Source: Campylobacteraceae bacterium (GTDB taxonomy: Bacteria; Campylobacterota; Campylobacteria; Campylobacterales; Sulfurovaceae). Taken from it: a stretch of DNA of 64,000 nt. Positions 47,081-58,700 of the stretch are shown piece after piece. Location: contig JAMOOX010000087.1 of NCBI GenBank assembly GCA_027065045.1, positions 30,912 to 94,911 on the forward strand. Reading direction: 5' to 3'. Position 1 is the stretch's first letter; every line of letters starts with the position of its first letter. Under the pieces are notes generated by a model, which saw only the letters and a list, made by a program, of their open reading frames with translations, was not told the DNA's origin and ran no database searches. The position numbers and the translations under genes are program-made.

Positions 47081-47965
47081 ATGATTAAACAATTGGCAAT
47101 AATTGGGGCAACAGCATCAGGAAAGAGTGGTATATCTATCAAACTAGCCCAAAAATTTAATGGATATATACTATCTTTAGATTCTCTATCAATATATAAA
47201 GAGATAGATATAGCATCTGCAAAACCTACTCTAAAAGAGAGAGAGGGGATAAAACATTTTGGAATAGATGAGATATATCCCAATGAACCTTTTAGTGTAA
47301 ATTCATTTATTGAGATATATATAAAGGCTTATAGTGAGGCTCTAAATGATAAAAAAAGTCTAATTATTGTAGGTGGAAGTAGCTTTTATCTAAAGGCTCT
47401 TATTGATGGATTAAGCCCATTACCTAAAATATCTAGTAGAACTATAAATCAAACAAATGAGGCTCTAAAAGATTTATCTAAAAGTTATAAAATGTTATAT
47501 AATATAGATATGGAGTATATGAAAAATATCAAAGAAAATGATAAATATAGAGTAGAAAAGGCTCTAAATATTTATTATGAAACAAACTCTACCCCATCAC
47601 AATACTTTAACTCAAATCCACCAATCAAAATTATCTCAAATGAGATACCTATATATGAGATAGAGACTCAAAGAGATATATTAAGAGAGAGAATAAGATT
47701 ACGCACCTATCAAATGATACAAAATGGATTAATCGATGAAGTAGCATATTTAGAAAAAAAATACTCAAGAGATTTAAATTCTATGAAATCTATTGGGATA
47801 AAAGAGGTATTAGAATATTTAGATGGAAACTACTCAAAAAATGAGATGATAGAAAAAATAATTATAAATACATCTAAACTAGCCAAAAGACAAACCACAT
47901 TTAATCAATCTCAATTTAACAATAAAACATCAATACCATTAGATAAAGTTATGGATAAAATATAA
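47081..47965 (+). CDS. miaA: tRNA dimethylallyltransferase
   Basis: P-loop IIGATASGKS; sequence and length match MiaA. Confidence 0.88.
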   Translation: MIKQLAIIGATASGKSGISIKLAQKFNGYILSLDSLSIYKEIDIASAKPTLKEREGIKHFGIDEIYPNEPFSVNSFIEIYIKAYSEALNDKKSLIIVGGSSFYLKALIDGLSPLPKISSRTINQTNEALKDLSKSYKMLYNIDMEYMKNIKENDKYRVEKALNIYYETNSTPSQYFNSNPPIKIISNEIPIYEIETQRDILRERIRLRTYQMIQNGLIDEVAYLEKKYSRDLNSMKSIGIKEVLEYLDGNYSKNEMIEKIIINTSKLAKRQTTFNQSQFNNKTSIPLDKVMDKI

Positions 47966-48150
47966 AAATAAATCTTAATAATGAAGAGATAGGGAGAGAG
48001 ATTAATATTTATATAGTATCATCAATGAGTAAAAGTAGTTTTTGAATTTGATTATTTATTATTATACCTGTATGAGTATATATAACTTTATGAAAGAAAA
48101 AAAGAGTAACAGACTTTATTATAAATAAATATTAATAAAGCCTATATATA

Positions 48151-49311
48151 TTAATCCATTTGTCGTCTAAGAAAAGTTGGAATATCTAAATGGTCATCAC
48201 CTTTACTACTTGCTCCATTTACTACCATTCTCTCTCTATTAAATAGTTCTCTAGGAGTTGGTTTATCAATAGTCTGTTTTTTAGGGGCTTTTGTTGTAAC
48301 ATTTGATTTCATTTTTTCTAAATCTTTTGCTTCAAAACCTGTTGCTATAATTGTAAGTTGAACGGCATCTATTGGAAGAGACTCATCAGTGGTTGTACCA
48401 AAGATTACATTTGCATCCTCATCTGCATTCTCTTCAATAGTCTCCATTGCATCACTCATCTCTAGCATTGGATACTCAGGATTGATATGAAAATGCACTA
48501 ATATACCCATTGCACCATTAATTGAAACATCATTTAATAGAGGTGATTCCATGGCCATTTTTGCAGCATTAATAGCAGCCCCTCCACCATCACTTTGACC
48601 TACACCCATAAGAGCCATACCCTTATGAGACATTACAGTTTTAACATCAGCAAAATCAAGGTTAATATCATTTTCACCATGAGAAAGAATTACATTAGAT
48701 ATTCCACCAACAGCTTGTGATAAAATATTATCTACTAACCTAAAGCTCTCTTTCATACCAAGATTTTTTTCAACAATAGATAGAAGTCTCTCATTTGGTA
48801 CTATAATAATACAATCACTCTCTGCTTTAAGTTCATCAAGACCAGCTAATGCTAGTTTAGTTCTTTTTCTACCTTCAAACTTAAATGGAGTAGTTACAAC
48901 TGATACAGTCAAAGCTCCAACATCTTTGGCAGCTTGTGCTATGATTGGAGCAGCACCAGTACCAGTACCACCTCCAAGTCCAGCAGAGATAAATACAATA
49001 TCAGAACCATCAAGAGCTTTTTTAGTCTCATCAAAGCTCTCTAACGCAGCATCTCTACCTTTTTCAGGTTGCATACCTGCACCAAGCCCTCTAGTAGCAT
49101 TGATACCTAATTGTAGTTTAGAACCTGCTAGGTTTGTACTTAATGCTTGTGCATCAGTATTTGCAGCGATTAAGTTAATATCTGCATTTCCCTCTGTAAT
49201 CATATGATTAATCATATTTCCACCACCACCACCTACACCAATAGCAGTAATTTGAGCACCTTCAACTGTTGTATCCATTCTAGTAATTTCTTTGATATCA
49301 AATTCTTCCAT
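48151..49311 (-). CDS. ftsZ: cell division protein FtsZ
   Basis: GVGGGGGNMINHM and GLGGGTGTGAAP tubulin signature; C-terminal DIPTFLRRQ peptide. Confidence 0.97.
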   Translation of the reverse strand: MEEFDIKEITRMDTTVEGAQITAIGVGGGGGNMINHMITEGNADINLIAANTDAQALSTNLAGSKLQLGINATRGLGAGMQPEKGRDAALESFDETKKALDGSDIVFISAGLGGGTGTGAAPIIAQAAKDVGALTVSVVTTPFKFEGRKRTKLALAGLDELKAESDCIIIVPNERLLSIVEKNLGMKESFRLVDNILSQAVGGISNVILSHGENDINLDFADVKTVMSHKGMALMGVGQSDGGGAAINAAKMAMESPLLNDVSINGAMGILVHFHINPEYPMLEMSDAMETIEENADEDANVIFGTTTDESLPIDAVQLTIIATGFEAKDLEKMKSNVTTKAPKKQTIDKPTPRELFNRERMVVNGASSKGDDHLDIPTFLRRQMD

Positions 49312-49325
49312 ATTTTTTTCCCTTG

Positions 49326-50726
49326 TTAAAATAACTGTTTAGCCCAATTTGTAAACTTCTTAAATGGATTGTTCTCTTCCATTGAAGTTGTTGATAACTC
49401 ATCTAATGAGAATCCTATATTATTTTTATCTGTTACTCTTGTTTGTTCTTCCAAACTATCTCTTCTTGTATCAGCTACCACCTCGTTGAGTTTTATATCT
49501 GATAATTGTGGGCTACTATCTTGTATAATATGATCTGATGATGATTTGGAATGAAGAAGTTCGTGAGTAATGTTTATTTCGTATTCTGTATTATATCCTG
49601 ATTTATATAAAAGTAAGCCTACAACAGTAGAAAATGATGGATCTTTTAGTTCATTAAATAATCCACTTACTTTTGATGGAAAAGCAACTCGTACAGGCAT
49701 ACCATCAAATATAACTTGTGCAAGTTCTCTTACACCTTTTAATTTTGTCATACCACCAGTAAGTACGATACCTGCACCTAATTGGTCTCTTAGCTTACTA
49801 TTATCAATTGATTTTTTGAGTAAAAGAAGAGTCTCTTCTACTCTTGATATTACAACTGAATATACAGTTTCTAGTGATACACTATTTGTATTTTGTTCAT
49901 CTCCAATAATAGGTAGGTCTATATACTCTTGTGATGGTTCTATTAGGTTTGCATGTCTAAGCTTGACATTTTCAGCTACTTGAAGAGGGGTATGTAGAGC
50001 CATAGATAAATCATTTGTGATATGATTTGAACCAACTCCCAAGAAGTCATTATATTTAATAGAACTTCCTGCATGGATTACAAGGTTTGAGGTCTGCCCT
50101 CCAATATCAATCACTGCCACATTAAGCTCTTTTTCATCTTCTGTAACAGTAGAGATTAAAGAGGCATAACCACTTACAACAATATTTTCTACCTCTACTC
50201 CTGCACCTTTAATCGCTTTTTGGAGGTTACTAATACTTGATTTTTGAGCTACAATTATATTAACATCAACCTCTAATCTATTAGCATTCATACCATAAGG
50301 GTCATCAATAAAACTCTGTTCATCAACTTTGAAATTATAAGGTAAAACATGTAATACACTATAATCATTTGGAATATCAGCATTATATAGTGCTGTTTGC
50401 ATTACTCTATTAATCTCTTTGATAGATATATCTCTATTAGTGCTTGGAATATTTACAATTCCACTAGAACCTATACTTTTAGCATAAGTATTTGATATTG
50501 AGACCGTCGCAGTAGATATGTTACTACCTGCTATTCTTTTGGCATCTCCTAGGGCTTTTCTTATAGACTTAGAAGCTTGTTCTATGTTTGTAATATTACC
50601 TTTTTTGACACCTTGAGATTTGGCAATTCCATGACCTATTATCTGTATTCTTTCGTTCTCAATCTCAGCTATAATTGCACAAATTTTTGTAGAACCTATA
50701 TCAATAGCTAAAATTGTTTCAGTCAC
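49326..50726 (-). CDS. ftsA: cell division protein FtsA
   Basis: Actin-like ATPase (AIDIGSTKICAII, VIDIGGQTSN), immediately upstream of ftsZ. Confidence 0.93.
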   Translation of the reverse strand: MTETILAIDIGSTKICAIIAEIENERIQIIGHGIAKSQGVKKGNITNIEQASKSIRKALGDAKRIAGSNISTATVSISNTYAKSIGSSGIVNIPSTNRDISIKEINRVMQTALYNADIPNDYSVLHVLPYNFKVDEQSFIDDPYGMNANRLEVDVNIIVAQKSSISNLQKAIKGAGVEVENIVVSGYASLISTVTEDEKELNVAVIDIGGQTSNLVIHAGSSIKYNDFLGVGSNHITNDLSMALHTPLQVAENVKLRHANLIEPSQEYIDLPIIGDEQNTNSVSLETVYSVVISRVEETLLLLKKSIDNSKLRDQLGAGIVLTGGMTKLKGVRELAQVIFDGMPVRVAFPSKVSGLFNELKDPSFSTVVGLLLYKSGYNTEYEINITHELLHSKSSSDHIIQDSSPQLSDIKLNEVVADTRRDSLEEQTRVTDKNNIGFSLDELSTTSMEENNPFKKFTNWAKQLF

Positions 50727-50727
50727 T

Positions 50728-52206
50728 TTATAATCCTTTTACAAATGTTTTGACTTCATATTTACCATTTAATTCTTTTAATAAATTAGCTTGAAAATCA
50801 TCATTTTTTATTTTATTCATTGTCTCTTGTATAATTTGTGAGTTATTATTATCGGTAGAAAATTTTTGTTCTATAATATTATAAACTACAATTTTATCCT
50901 CTAATTCAATCATTCCCTTAGACTCAGCTACTTTAAATAGTTGAGATACAAAACTACCACTCTCATTAGGAGTTAGACCATCTAAGATAACAAGCTTATC
51001 CAAAGACAAATACTCTGAAGTAATCATAACATTATTATCCTTAATACTATTTAATATATCTTTTGCTAATTCTTGCATTTTAGAACTTGTAACTAAACTT
51101 TGATAGTTTACTTTTGCTCTATCTCTTGCCTCTTCAAAGCTCATCTCTTGTGATTGAGTTATTTTAATAATTTTAATAGTAGCATATCTATCACCTACAA
51201 TTTGTGGTTTTATAATATCATTAATACTTTTACTAGCTATTTTATCCCATAGCTCTTTGCTAAATGTAGCAGAGTTTTTATCTAAAACTATAGTTTCACT
51301 CTTAGAAATTTTATCTTTTTTAAATGCTATATACTGTTTTTGAGCATCTTTTTTGATTTTTTTAAGCTTTAAATCTTTAATTACTATATCTTTTGCTTCA
51401 TCTAATGATAATTGTGTTGAGTTATCATTTATGTAATTAAAACTATTCTTTTGATAAAACTCTTCAATAGATTTATCATCTACTATAATATCTTTTGTAT
51501 CACTCCATACAACATCAAAACTATATTTAATAGGAGTCATATATGCCTCTCTATTTTTCTCCCAATACTCTTTTAACTCTTTTTCACTAATTGTGATATT
51601 AAGTTCTGGAGAGGTTGAAGATACTACTTTATATTTTATCTTATCTGTAAGGTTTAATGATGATTTTAAAATACTATTTTCATAATCTAAACTATCTGCT
51701 TTTAAAAGAGAAAAAAGTTTTTGAATTTTCATATCATCTCTAATAATATTTTCAAAAATAGTTGGTTTGACTCTTAATCTTTTGATATATTGGTTATAAA
51801 TTGCTTGATTAAATTTACCATCTTTTTGGAAACCTTTAATCTCTTTGATATTTTGTGCCAACTCTACATCTGTAACAATAATACCAAACTCATTAGCAAG
51901 ATTTAATATTCTAGCTTGAGTTTTGAGAGATTTAAAAGCTTGACCTATAAGATTCATCTTTTTAGCTTGTGCCTCATCAAATTTACCATCAAGCATAGAG
52001 TTATATTGCTGATATATATTTGAATAAGTCATATCTAATTTTGCTTGTGTAATCTCTACATCACCTACTTGTGCAACAGCACCAGTTTTTGAACCATAGT
52101 TATAACTACCCCAACCTACAAACCCTGCACCTATAAATGCTATTGTAGCTACCCAAATTGTTACAATTAAGTATCTATTATGTTTTTGCATCCAACTTAT
52201 CATCAA
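50728..52206 (-). CDS. PpiD/SurA-like periplasmic chaperone (peptidylprolyl isomerase family)
   Basis: N-terminal membrane anchor at MQKHNRYLIVTIWVATIAFIGAGFVGWG, typical of PpiD. Conserved position upstream of ftsA. Confidence 0.75.
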   Translation of the reverse strand: MMISWMQKHNRYLIVTIWVATIAFIGAGFVGWGSYNYGSKTGAVAQVGDVEITQAKLDMTYSNIYQQYNSMLDGKFDEAQAKKMNLIGQAFKSLKTQARILNLANEFGIIVTDVELAQNIKEIKGFQKDGKFNQAIYNQYIKRLRVKPTIFENIIRDDMKIQKLFSLLKADSLDYENSILKSSLNLTDKIKYKVVSSTSPELNITISEKELKEYWEKNREAYMTPIKYSFDVVWSDTKDIIVDDKSIEEFYQKNSFNYINDNSTQLSLDEAKDIVIKDLKLKKIKKDAQKQYIAFKKDKISKSETIVLDKNSATFSKELWDKIASKSINDIIKPQIVGDRYATIKIIKITQSQEMSFEEARDRAKVNYQSLVTSSKMQELAKDILNSIKDNNVMITSEYLSLDKLVILDGLTPNESGSFVSQLFKVAESKGMIELEDKIVVYNIIEQKFSTDNNNSQIIQETMNKIKNDDFQANLLKELNGKYEVKTFVKGL

Positions 52207-52275
52207 ATTACCTTATTTAAAATTTATTTGTTATTCTATTAAACTTGTTATTAATACCTATTTAATATTCACTAT

Positions 52276-53736
52276 TTAATCAAAAAGATATGAAAAGAAA
52301 CTTCTCTTAGAGTTTTGAAGTTTATCTCTAAGCTCTTTTGCTCGTTCAAGATTAGACTCCATCGCCTCTTCATAAAGTGAAATTGCTTTTTTTCTATCTT
52401 TTTTGATACCTATTCCATACTCATAAAACTGCCCTAAATCACAAATTGCCTCTACAAATCCATCAAGTGCTAAATCATTCATCTGAATAAATGCTTCAGC
52501 ATAATTTTGTTCTAATACATCGCCTTTGAAAAGTTCTCGTGAGAGTGCAAAATGAGCACTTTGGGCATCACTAATAGAAACTAAGAGTAAAATCTTACTA
52601 GCCTCTTCTAAATCACCATTTCTCTTAAACTCATCAAATTGCTTAAGTGCTATCTCAATATCTTTATCACTATAAGGCTGTTTAAATATTGATATTAAAT
52701 GTTTTATACTATCAAGTTCTGACTCTATTGGCTCTTTTTGAGGGAATCGTTTGATTATATTTTCAAATTTTTGTTCCAAAAATGCAATTGGTTGATAAAA
52801 ACCATCTTCATTTTGAAGACTCTCTGCTTTATTATCCTCTGTTAATGTAGAGTTTTTCTTTTTATCTTCTTGAATTTTTTGACGATAATAATCTTTGGCA
52901 ATATCATCAAGGTCATCATCTTCTATAATCAAATCATGTGAATAAGTATTACTCTCTTGTGGTTTATCATCTTCTTTTATCTCTTCTTCAAAAGTATAAT
53001 CTTTTGTATAAGATAATGGATTTGTATCATCTATTTGATTTTCTAACTTATTATCATAATACCAACTATTATAATTATTACTCTCCTCTAATCCATCATT
53101 TAAGTCTATTTTATCTTTATCTTCTTCTGTTATACTCTCTTGTTCTAACTCTTCTTTCTCAATATCATTTTCTATTGTCTCTTCATCAGGCTCTTTATTT
53201 TTAATATTCTCTTCTATTTTTTCTATCTCCTCTTCAAGCTCTTTATCTTCTTTATCAATAATATCTTCTTCTATTTTTTCTTCCTCTTCAACAAACCAAC
53301 TATTTTTAATAATTGTTGGTTCTTTTTTTTCTATCTCTTCTTCCTCTTTTTCTATCTTATGAAGTTGAGCCTCTTCCTCTTTTAACTCTTCTAATATCTC
53401 TTTTTCGCTCTCTATTTTTTCTACAACTGGATTTTGAACTACTATATTAGAAGCACCACTAGGAGTATTTTCAAAAAGTCCAAACTCCTCTATTACCGCC
53501 TCTTCTTCAGCTTTGACTTTACTATAATACTCATTTGTATATAACTCATTAGGATAAGCATTAATAGACATTACTGCCTTATAGTTATGTCCATTTCTAA
53601 TCAATGCTAATATATTTTTTACTTGTTGATTAATATTTAATGATTCTAATCGTTCTATCTGTAAATCTATTGATTGAATATCTTTAAGTTCTATTGATAA
53701 CTTTAATATTTTTAATCTTTTTATTATCTCTTCCAT
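52276..53736 (-). CDS. acidic hypothetical protein with C-terminal Sel1-like repeat
   Basis: The central region is a Glu/Lys/Ile-rich low-complexity stretch. The C-terminus GQFYEYGIGIKKDRKKAISLYEEA matches the Sel1 repeat consensus. Confidence 0.6.
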   Translation of the reverse strand: MEEIIKRLKILKLSIELKDIQSIDLQIERLESLNINQQVKNILALIRNGHNYKAVMSINAYPNELYTNEYYSKVKAEEEAVIEEFGLFENTPSGASNIVVQNPVVEKIESEKEILEELKEEEAQLHKIEKEEEEIEKKEPTIIKNSWFVEEEEKIEEDIIDKEDKELEEEIEKIEENIKNKEPDEETIENDIEKEELEQESITEEDKDKIDLNDGLEESNNYNSWYYDNKLENQIDDTNPLSYTKDYTFEEEIKEDDKPQESNTYSHDLIIEDDDLDDIAKDYYRQKIQEDKKKNSTLTEDNKAESLQNEDGFYQPIAFLEQKFENIIKRFPQKEPIESELDSIKHLISIFKQPYSDKDIEIALKQFDEFKRNGDLEEASKILLLVSISDAQSAHFALSRELFKGDVLEQNYAEAFIQMNDLALDGFVEAICDLGQFYEYGIGIKKDRKKAISLYEEAMESNLERAKELRDKLQNSKRSFFSYLFD

Positions 53737-53782
53737 TATAAAACTCTACTCCTTAATTAAAATTATTATACCAAAATTTTTA

Positions 53783-54805
53783 TTATATAATCATCATAGC
53801 ATCACCATAGCTATAAAATCTATATCTATTTTTAATTGCTTCTTGATAAAGTTCCAAACTTCTTTCTCTACCAATAAATGATGATACCAACATAATAAGT
53901 GTACTTTTAGGTAGATGAAAATTTGTAAGTAGGTAATCTACTTTGATTGGTTTATTATGAGGATTTAAAAACAAATCACACTCACCACTACTACTATTAC
54001 CCCTAGCATAATACTCTATTGTTCTTGTTACTGTTGTACCAATTGCTAATACTTTTCGTTTAGTATCTAATATTTTTTGAGTGGAATATGGGATATTATA
54101 ATACTCTGAATGCATTGGATGGGCTAAAATATTATCTACTTCAACTGGCTTGAATGTCCCACTTCCAACATGAAGAGTAATTTTATGAATATTATATTTA
54201 CTACTAAACTCTTCAAATAACTCTTTTGTGAAATGCAATGATGCTGTAGGTGATGCTACTGCACCTGAATTTGAGGCAAAAAGAGTTTGATAATCCTCTT
54301 TATCACTATCATTGTCTTCTCTTTGAATATATGGAGGTAGAGGTATATGACCTATATCATCTAAGATAGATATAACTTCTTCAAACATAAGTATCTTATC
54401 ATTTTGCTCAAATATAACCTCTCTTGAACCATCATCATTAAGAGTTAAAACTTTAGCACTAAGATTATTATCAAAATACACAATTGTACCTTTTTTGACC
54501 CTTCCTCTTATCATTACTAAATATCTATTATTATCAAGAGGTTTATTTAGTAAAAATTCCAACTTCCCACCACTTGGTTTTTTGCCATAAATTCTAGCTT
54601 TAATAACTTTTGTATCATTTAGAAATATATCACAATCATCAGGAATATAATCCATAATATCTCTAAAATAGGTATGTGTTATAGTATCATTAGCTCTATT
54701 ATAAATTAATAGTTTAGAACTATCTCTTGGATATAAAGGCTTAGTAGCGATTAACTCTGGAGGTAGAGTATAATCATAACTACTAGTTAATAGTTCTATA
54801 CTCAT
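53783..54805 (-). CDS. queA: S-adenosylmethionine:tRNA ribosyltransferase-isomerase
   Basis: 340 aa with typical QueA sequence (YDYTLPPELIA, LHVGSGTF, VGTTVTRT, FYSYGDAMMI). Confidence 0.93.
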   Translation of the reverse strand: MSIELLTSSYDYTLPPELIATKPLYPRDSSKLLIYNRANDTITHTYFRDIMDYIPDDCDIFLNDTKVIKARIYGKKPSGGKLEFLLNKPLDNNRYLVMIRGRVKKGTIVYFDNNLSAKVLTLNDDGSREVIFEQNDKILMFEEVISILDDIGHIPLPPYIQREDNDSDKEDYQTLFASNSGAVASPTASLHFTKELFEEFSSKYNIHKITLHVGSGTFKPVEVDNILAHPMHSEYYNIPYSTQKILDTKRKVLAIGTTVTRTIEYYARGNSSSGECDLFLNPHNKPIKVDYLLTNFHLPKSTLIMLVSSFIGRERSLELYQEAIKNRYRFYSYGDAMMII

Positions 54806-55405
54806 CTAATCAATAGTTCTACTAAGTGTTGTATTAATACTTTTAGAATTATAGACAGATATCTCATTAGCAATTCTTATTTTACTTGAACCATTATTTA
54901 CAGAACCTATAATATAATATGCTCCATTTGGCACACCATAAAATGCAAATTTACCACTATTATCTGATGTTGTAAATTTAAGATAGTTATATAATCTTGA
55001 ATCTGCTTTTGTAAGTTTATAACCTTTTATATAACTCTCACGATACCACTGTTTAGAGTAACTCGTTACAGGATTGAGATACAATCTTGTATTTTTAGCT
55101 AATATTTTTTTACCATATCCATCATCTAAATATATTTGACCTCTTACGGTGGCTCGTCCTCTTCTTGATAATCTATTATATTGAGCTATTGGGAAAGCTA
55201 CTCTAGGAAGTACCTTATCTTTTAGTTCTGTAGAGTCTGTTGTAGTTAGATTATCATCTTGACCCAATGCTGTAACATTTGTCTCATTTGCCCACTTCTC
55301 TCCACTATTATCCTCTTTTGGTTGTACTGCTATATTATTTCTTGTACAGTTAGAAAACAACAGTACAATTGATACAACTGATAATAATAATCTACTTCTA
55401 AACAT
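54806..55405 (-). CDS. lipoprotein with carboxypeptidase-regulatory-like beta-sandwich segment
   Basis: Lipobox LLFSNC. SGKFAFYGVPNGAYYIIGSV resembles CarboxypepD_reg-type domains. Confidence 0.55.
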   Translation of the reverse strand: MFRSRLLLSVVSIVLLFSNCTRNNIAVQPKEDNSGEKWANETNVTALGQDDNLTTTDSTELKDKVLPRVAFPIAQYNRLSRRGRATVRGQIYLDDGYGKKILAKNTRLYLNPVTSYSKQWYRESYIKGYKLTKADSRLYNYLKFTTSDNSGKFAFYGVPNGAYYIIGSVNNGSSKIRIANEISVYNSKSINTTLSRTID

Positions 55406-55427
55406 ATAACTCTCCTTTTTTATATTT

Positions 55428-55796
55428 TTATACTGTCCACTGGTCTATTTTTTTAAATAGAACTTCCTCTTTGATAGGTTTTCTATGAAAATCATTTGCA
55501 CCTAAATCCATCACTTCACCTTTTCTTGTATCATCTGTTGATAATACAATTACAGGAATATGGTCAAACCTTGAATCAGTTCTAAATATTTTTAGAAACT
55601 CTACACCATCTAAAATTGGCATAATTATATCTAGTAAAATTATATCTATTGTCGTATCTGCTGTTACCTTATCTAGTGCATCTTGTCCATTTTCTGCCTC
55701 TATCATTTCTGATACGCTACTATTTTTCTTTAAAACACTTTTTAATAGCGTTCTGTTGATAAAATCATCATCAACAATTAGAACTTTTAAACCCAT
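55428..55796 (-). CDS. single-domain response regulator (CheY-like)
   Basis: KVLIVDDD...DIILLDIIMPILDG...VIVLS..., 122 aa. Confidence 0.9.
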   Translation of the reverse strand: MGLKVLIVDDDFINRTLLKSVLKKNSSVSEMIEAENGQDALDKVTADTTIDIILLDIIMPILDGVEFLKIFRTDSRFDHIPVIVLSTDDTRKGEVMDLGANDFHRKPIKEEVLFKKIDQWTV

Positions 55797-55798
55797 AC

Positions 55799-58700
55799 TT
55801 ACCCCTTATACTTTTTAATAATTTCTTCTACAATTGCTTTATTCATTTTACCCTCTAGCTCTTCACCTAGCGTAATACCTAGCGTATCAAATTTTGATTT
55901 CTTTGGTAAGATAATAGCTAAAGCATCTTTTTGTGCTTTAATAGAATCACTTACAAACTGTGCATCTGTAAATAGTATTCCATACTCATTAGTTGCAATT
56001 TTTGCATCTAAATTTGCAATATTATCAATTACTTCATACTCATTACCAGTATTTTTAATCATTGTTGATAACATTCTAACCTCTAATAGGCTCTTTTTTG
56101 CTATCAATATTTTATTAGCTAACTCTTTTTTCTTAGGAGTCTCTACCTTAGGTGCTACCGTCTTCTCTACTAATTCATCTTTAGGCTCTGTTGGAGTCTC
56201 TTTAGATTTTCTTTTATTTGATTTATTTCCTGTGAGCTTACTTCTTCGTTCATCTCTCTGCTTCTCAAACTCATCTTTATCAATTTTTTGAGATTTATGA
56301 GATAAAAATTTATTTAGAACATAAACTAATTCTGTTGTCTCAATTGGCTTAGATACATACTCATCAAGCCCCTCTTTAAGGAATGCCTCTCTATCACCTT
56401 TAAGTGCATTTGCAGTTAAAGCAACGATAGGGATATGTTCAATCTCTTCATCTTTTTCATAATTAATAATCTCTCTTGTAGCTTCTAGCCCATCCATAAC
56501 AGGCATTTGAATATCCATAAAGATTAAATCATAACTTCCATTTCTTCGTTTCTCAAATGCCTCTAAACCATTGTTTGCTAAATCAATATCCATACCATGT
56601 TCACTTAAAACATGTTTGATAAGTTTTTGGTTAATAATATTATCTTCTGCTACTAATATCTTAGCATTAAATACAGTAGCTTGTTTCACTGCCTCTTCCT
56701 GTACTTTTTCTTCAATATGCTCAATTTTTTGAGATGCATTTTTTAAAGCACCTTTTAATTTAGTTACCGTAACAGGTTTGAAAATAACATTATCATTATT
56801 GATACCTAACTCCTCTATTTTTTTACGAGTTGTTACATTTGCCAATACAAATAGTTTCTCTTTCTCAATTTTACCCAAACTATCATAAATATTCTCATTA
56901 ATTTTATCTATATCTACCCAATAAGATTCACATTTATTTTGACTATGAAGACCTTTGAGTTCAGAAACTGCCGAGAAATTTTGTACTTTTGGAGTAAAGT
57001 GGTCAAAATATCTATCTATAAATTTATCAAGTGTTGTACGACTGTTATAATCTTCATACTTACATAATGATGTCTCTTTAAAGTTTGTATTTGTTACTCC
57101 TGTATCATCTATATCAATCTCTTCAAGAGGTAGTGAGAAGAAGAATTTAGTACCAACATCCTCTTCGCTAGTAAGTTCTAATCTTCCTCCCATTAGTTCT
57201 GTAAATTGACTAGAGATTGTAAGACCAAGTCCTGTACCACCATATTTTCTAGTAACAGAGGCATCAGCTTGTGAGAAGGCATCAAAAATTCTTGATTGCT
57301 GTTCAGCTGTCATACCAATACCATTATCAGAAACACTAAATGTAATTTTTGAATTTAAATCATTATCATCTTTTGTTTTAACTATCTCAACATTAATTTC
57401 ACCCTCATAACCTGTAAACTTAATTGCATTACTCATTAGATTAATTAGAACCTCTTTAATCTTAGTAGGGTCACCTTTAAGTTTAATAGGAATTGTAGGG
57501 TCCATATAGAAGTTAAGGTCAATATTCTTTTCAGCCGCACCAACTGCATAAGTCTCAACTGCACTCTCAAACTCTTCGTAAGAGTTGAATATAATATTCT
57601 CTATCTCAATCTTATTACTCTCAATTTTAGAAAGGTCTAGAATATTATTAATAATACTTAGTAGATTTTCTGAACTTTTATCAATAATTCCCAAAAACTC
57701 TGCTTGTTCTGGTGTGGTATCGGTAGATTTCAAAAGTTCTGTAAATCCAACAATACCATTTAATGGTGTTCTAATCTCATGCGACATATTAGCTAGAAAC
57801 AGTGATTTAGCCTCATTAGCTTCAAATGCCATTTTTTTATCTTTTTTGGCATTTTCAATTAGTGATTCCAAAAATTGATAAGCTGTTTTTGTACCTTTAT
57901 GAGTATTAAGGTCAATATTTTCAATTGATTCAATATCATCAATATCAGAATCAGTAGATTTTGCTTCACTAACTGCTTTATTAATTACATCTTCTAGTTC
58001 TTTAATATTATTACTAATATCTCTAGCTGTTCTAAAGCCCATAAAGAGTAATATAGTACTAAATACCCATAATCCAAGTGAAATATATAAAATACTCTGT
58101 TGTTCTACTAGATAATCTTGACTAGCCTTTTCTAACTCTTGATATATACGCTTTTGTGCTTTAGATAAAATTGATATTCTATCTGTTTGTGCAGTAAACC
58201 ACTCTTTACCAGTAATATCATATTTACCTGTATTAATTTGTGATTGGACAGATGCAATCATACTATCTAATTTTTTTAGAGTATATCTATTTTTAGGGTC
58301 ATTATATATAGAAGCTATAGATTTTCTTATAGATGATTCATTAATATGTTTTGGTTGAAATATATGAGATTGAATATTATACGAATCCCACATAGACATC
58401 TCATCTTTATTTAATTTAAGCCTTTTAGTAATATAATATGAGATAAAAGCTCTTGATAATCCAGCATTCTCTTTTGCAATATATAGTTGAACATGTGTCT
58501 GTAATAGAGCATTGATTTTACTATTTAATGTAAATTTATTAATCTGAACTAGAGAATCTAAAACGGGATTAATAATATTTTTAGTATAGTCTATAGCAAA
58601 AATTGTTTTAAAGTCACTATCATCACTATCAACTTTGGCTCGTGCTCTATTTATAAGTTTTAATTTATCAATAGCATTTTGATATGATATAGTCTTGACC

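Noticed and set aside
48040-48150. AT-only hairpin (CTTTATTA...TAATAAAG) downstream of ftsZ as a terminator.
   Set aside because: The stem is entirely A/T with a 10-nt loop, and the T-run is displaced by about 10 nt. It is too weak to annotate by eye.
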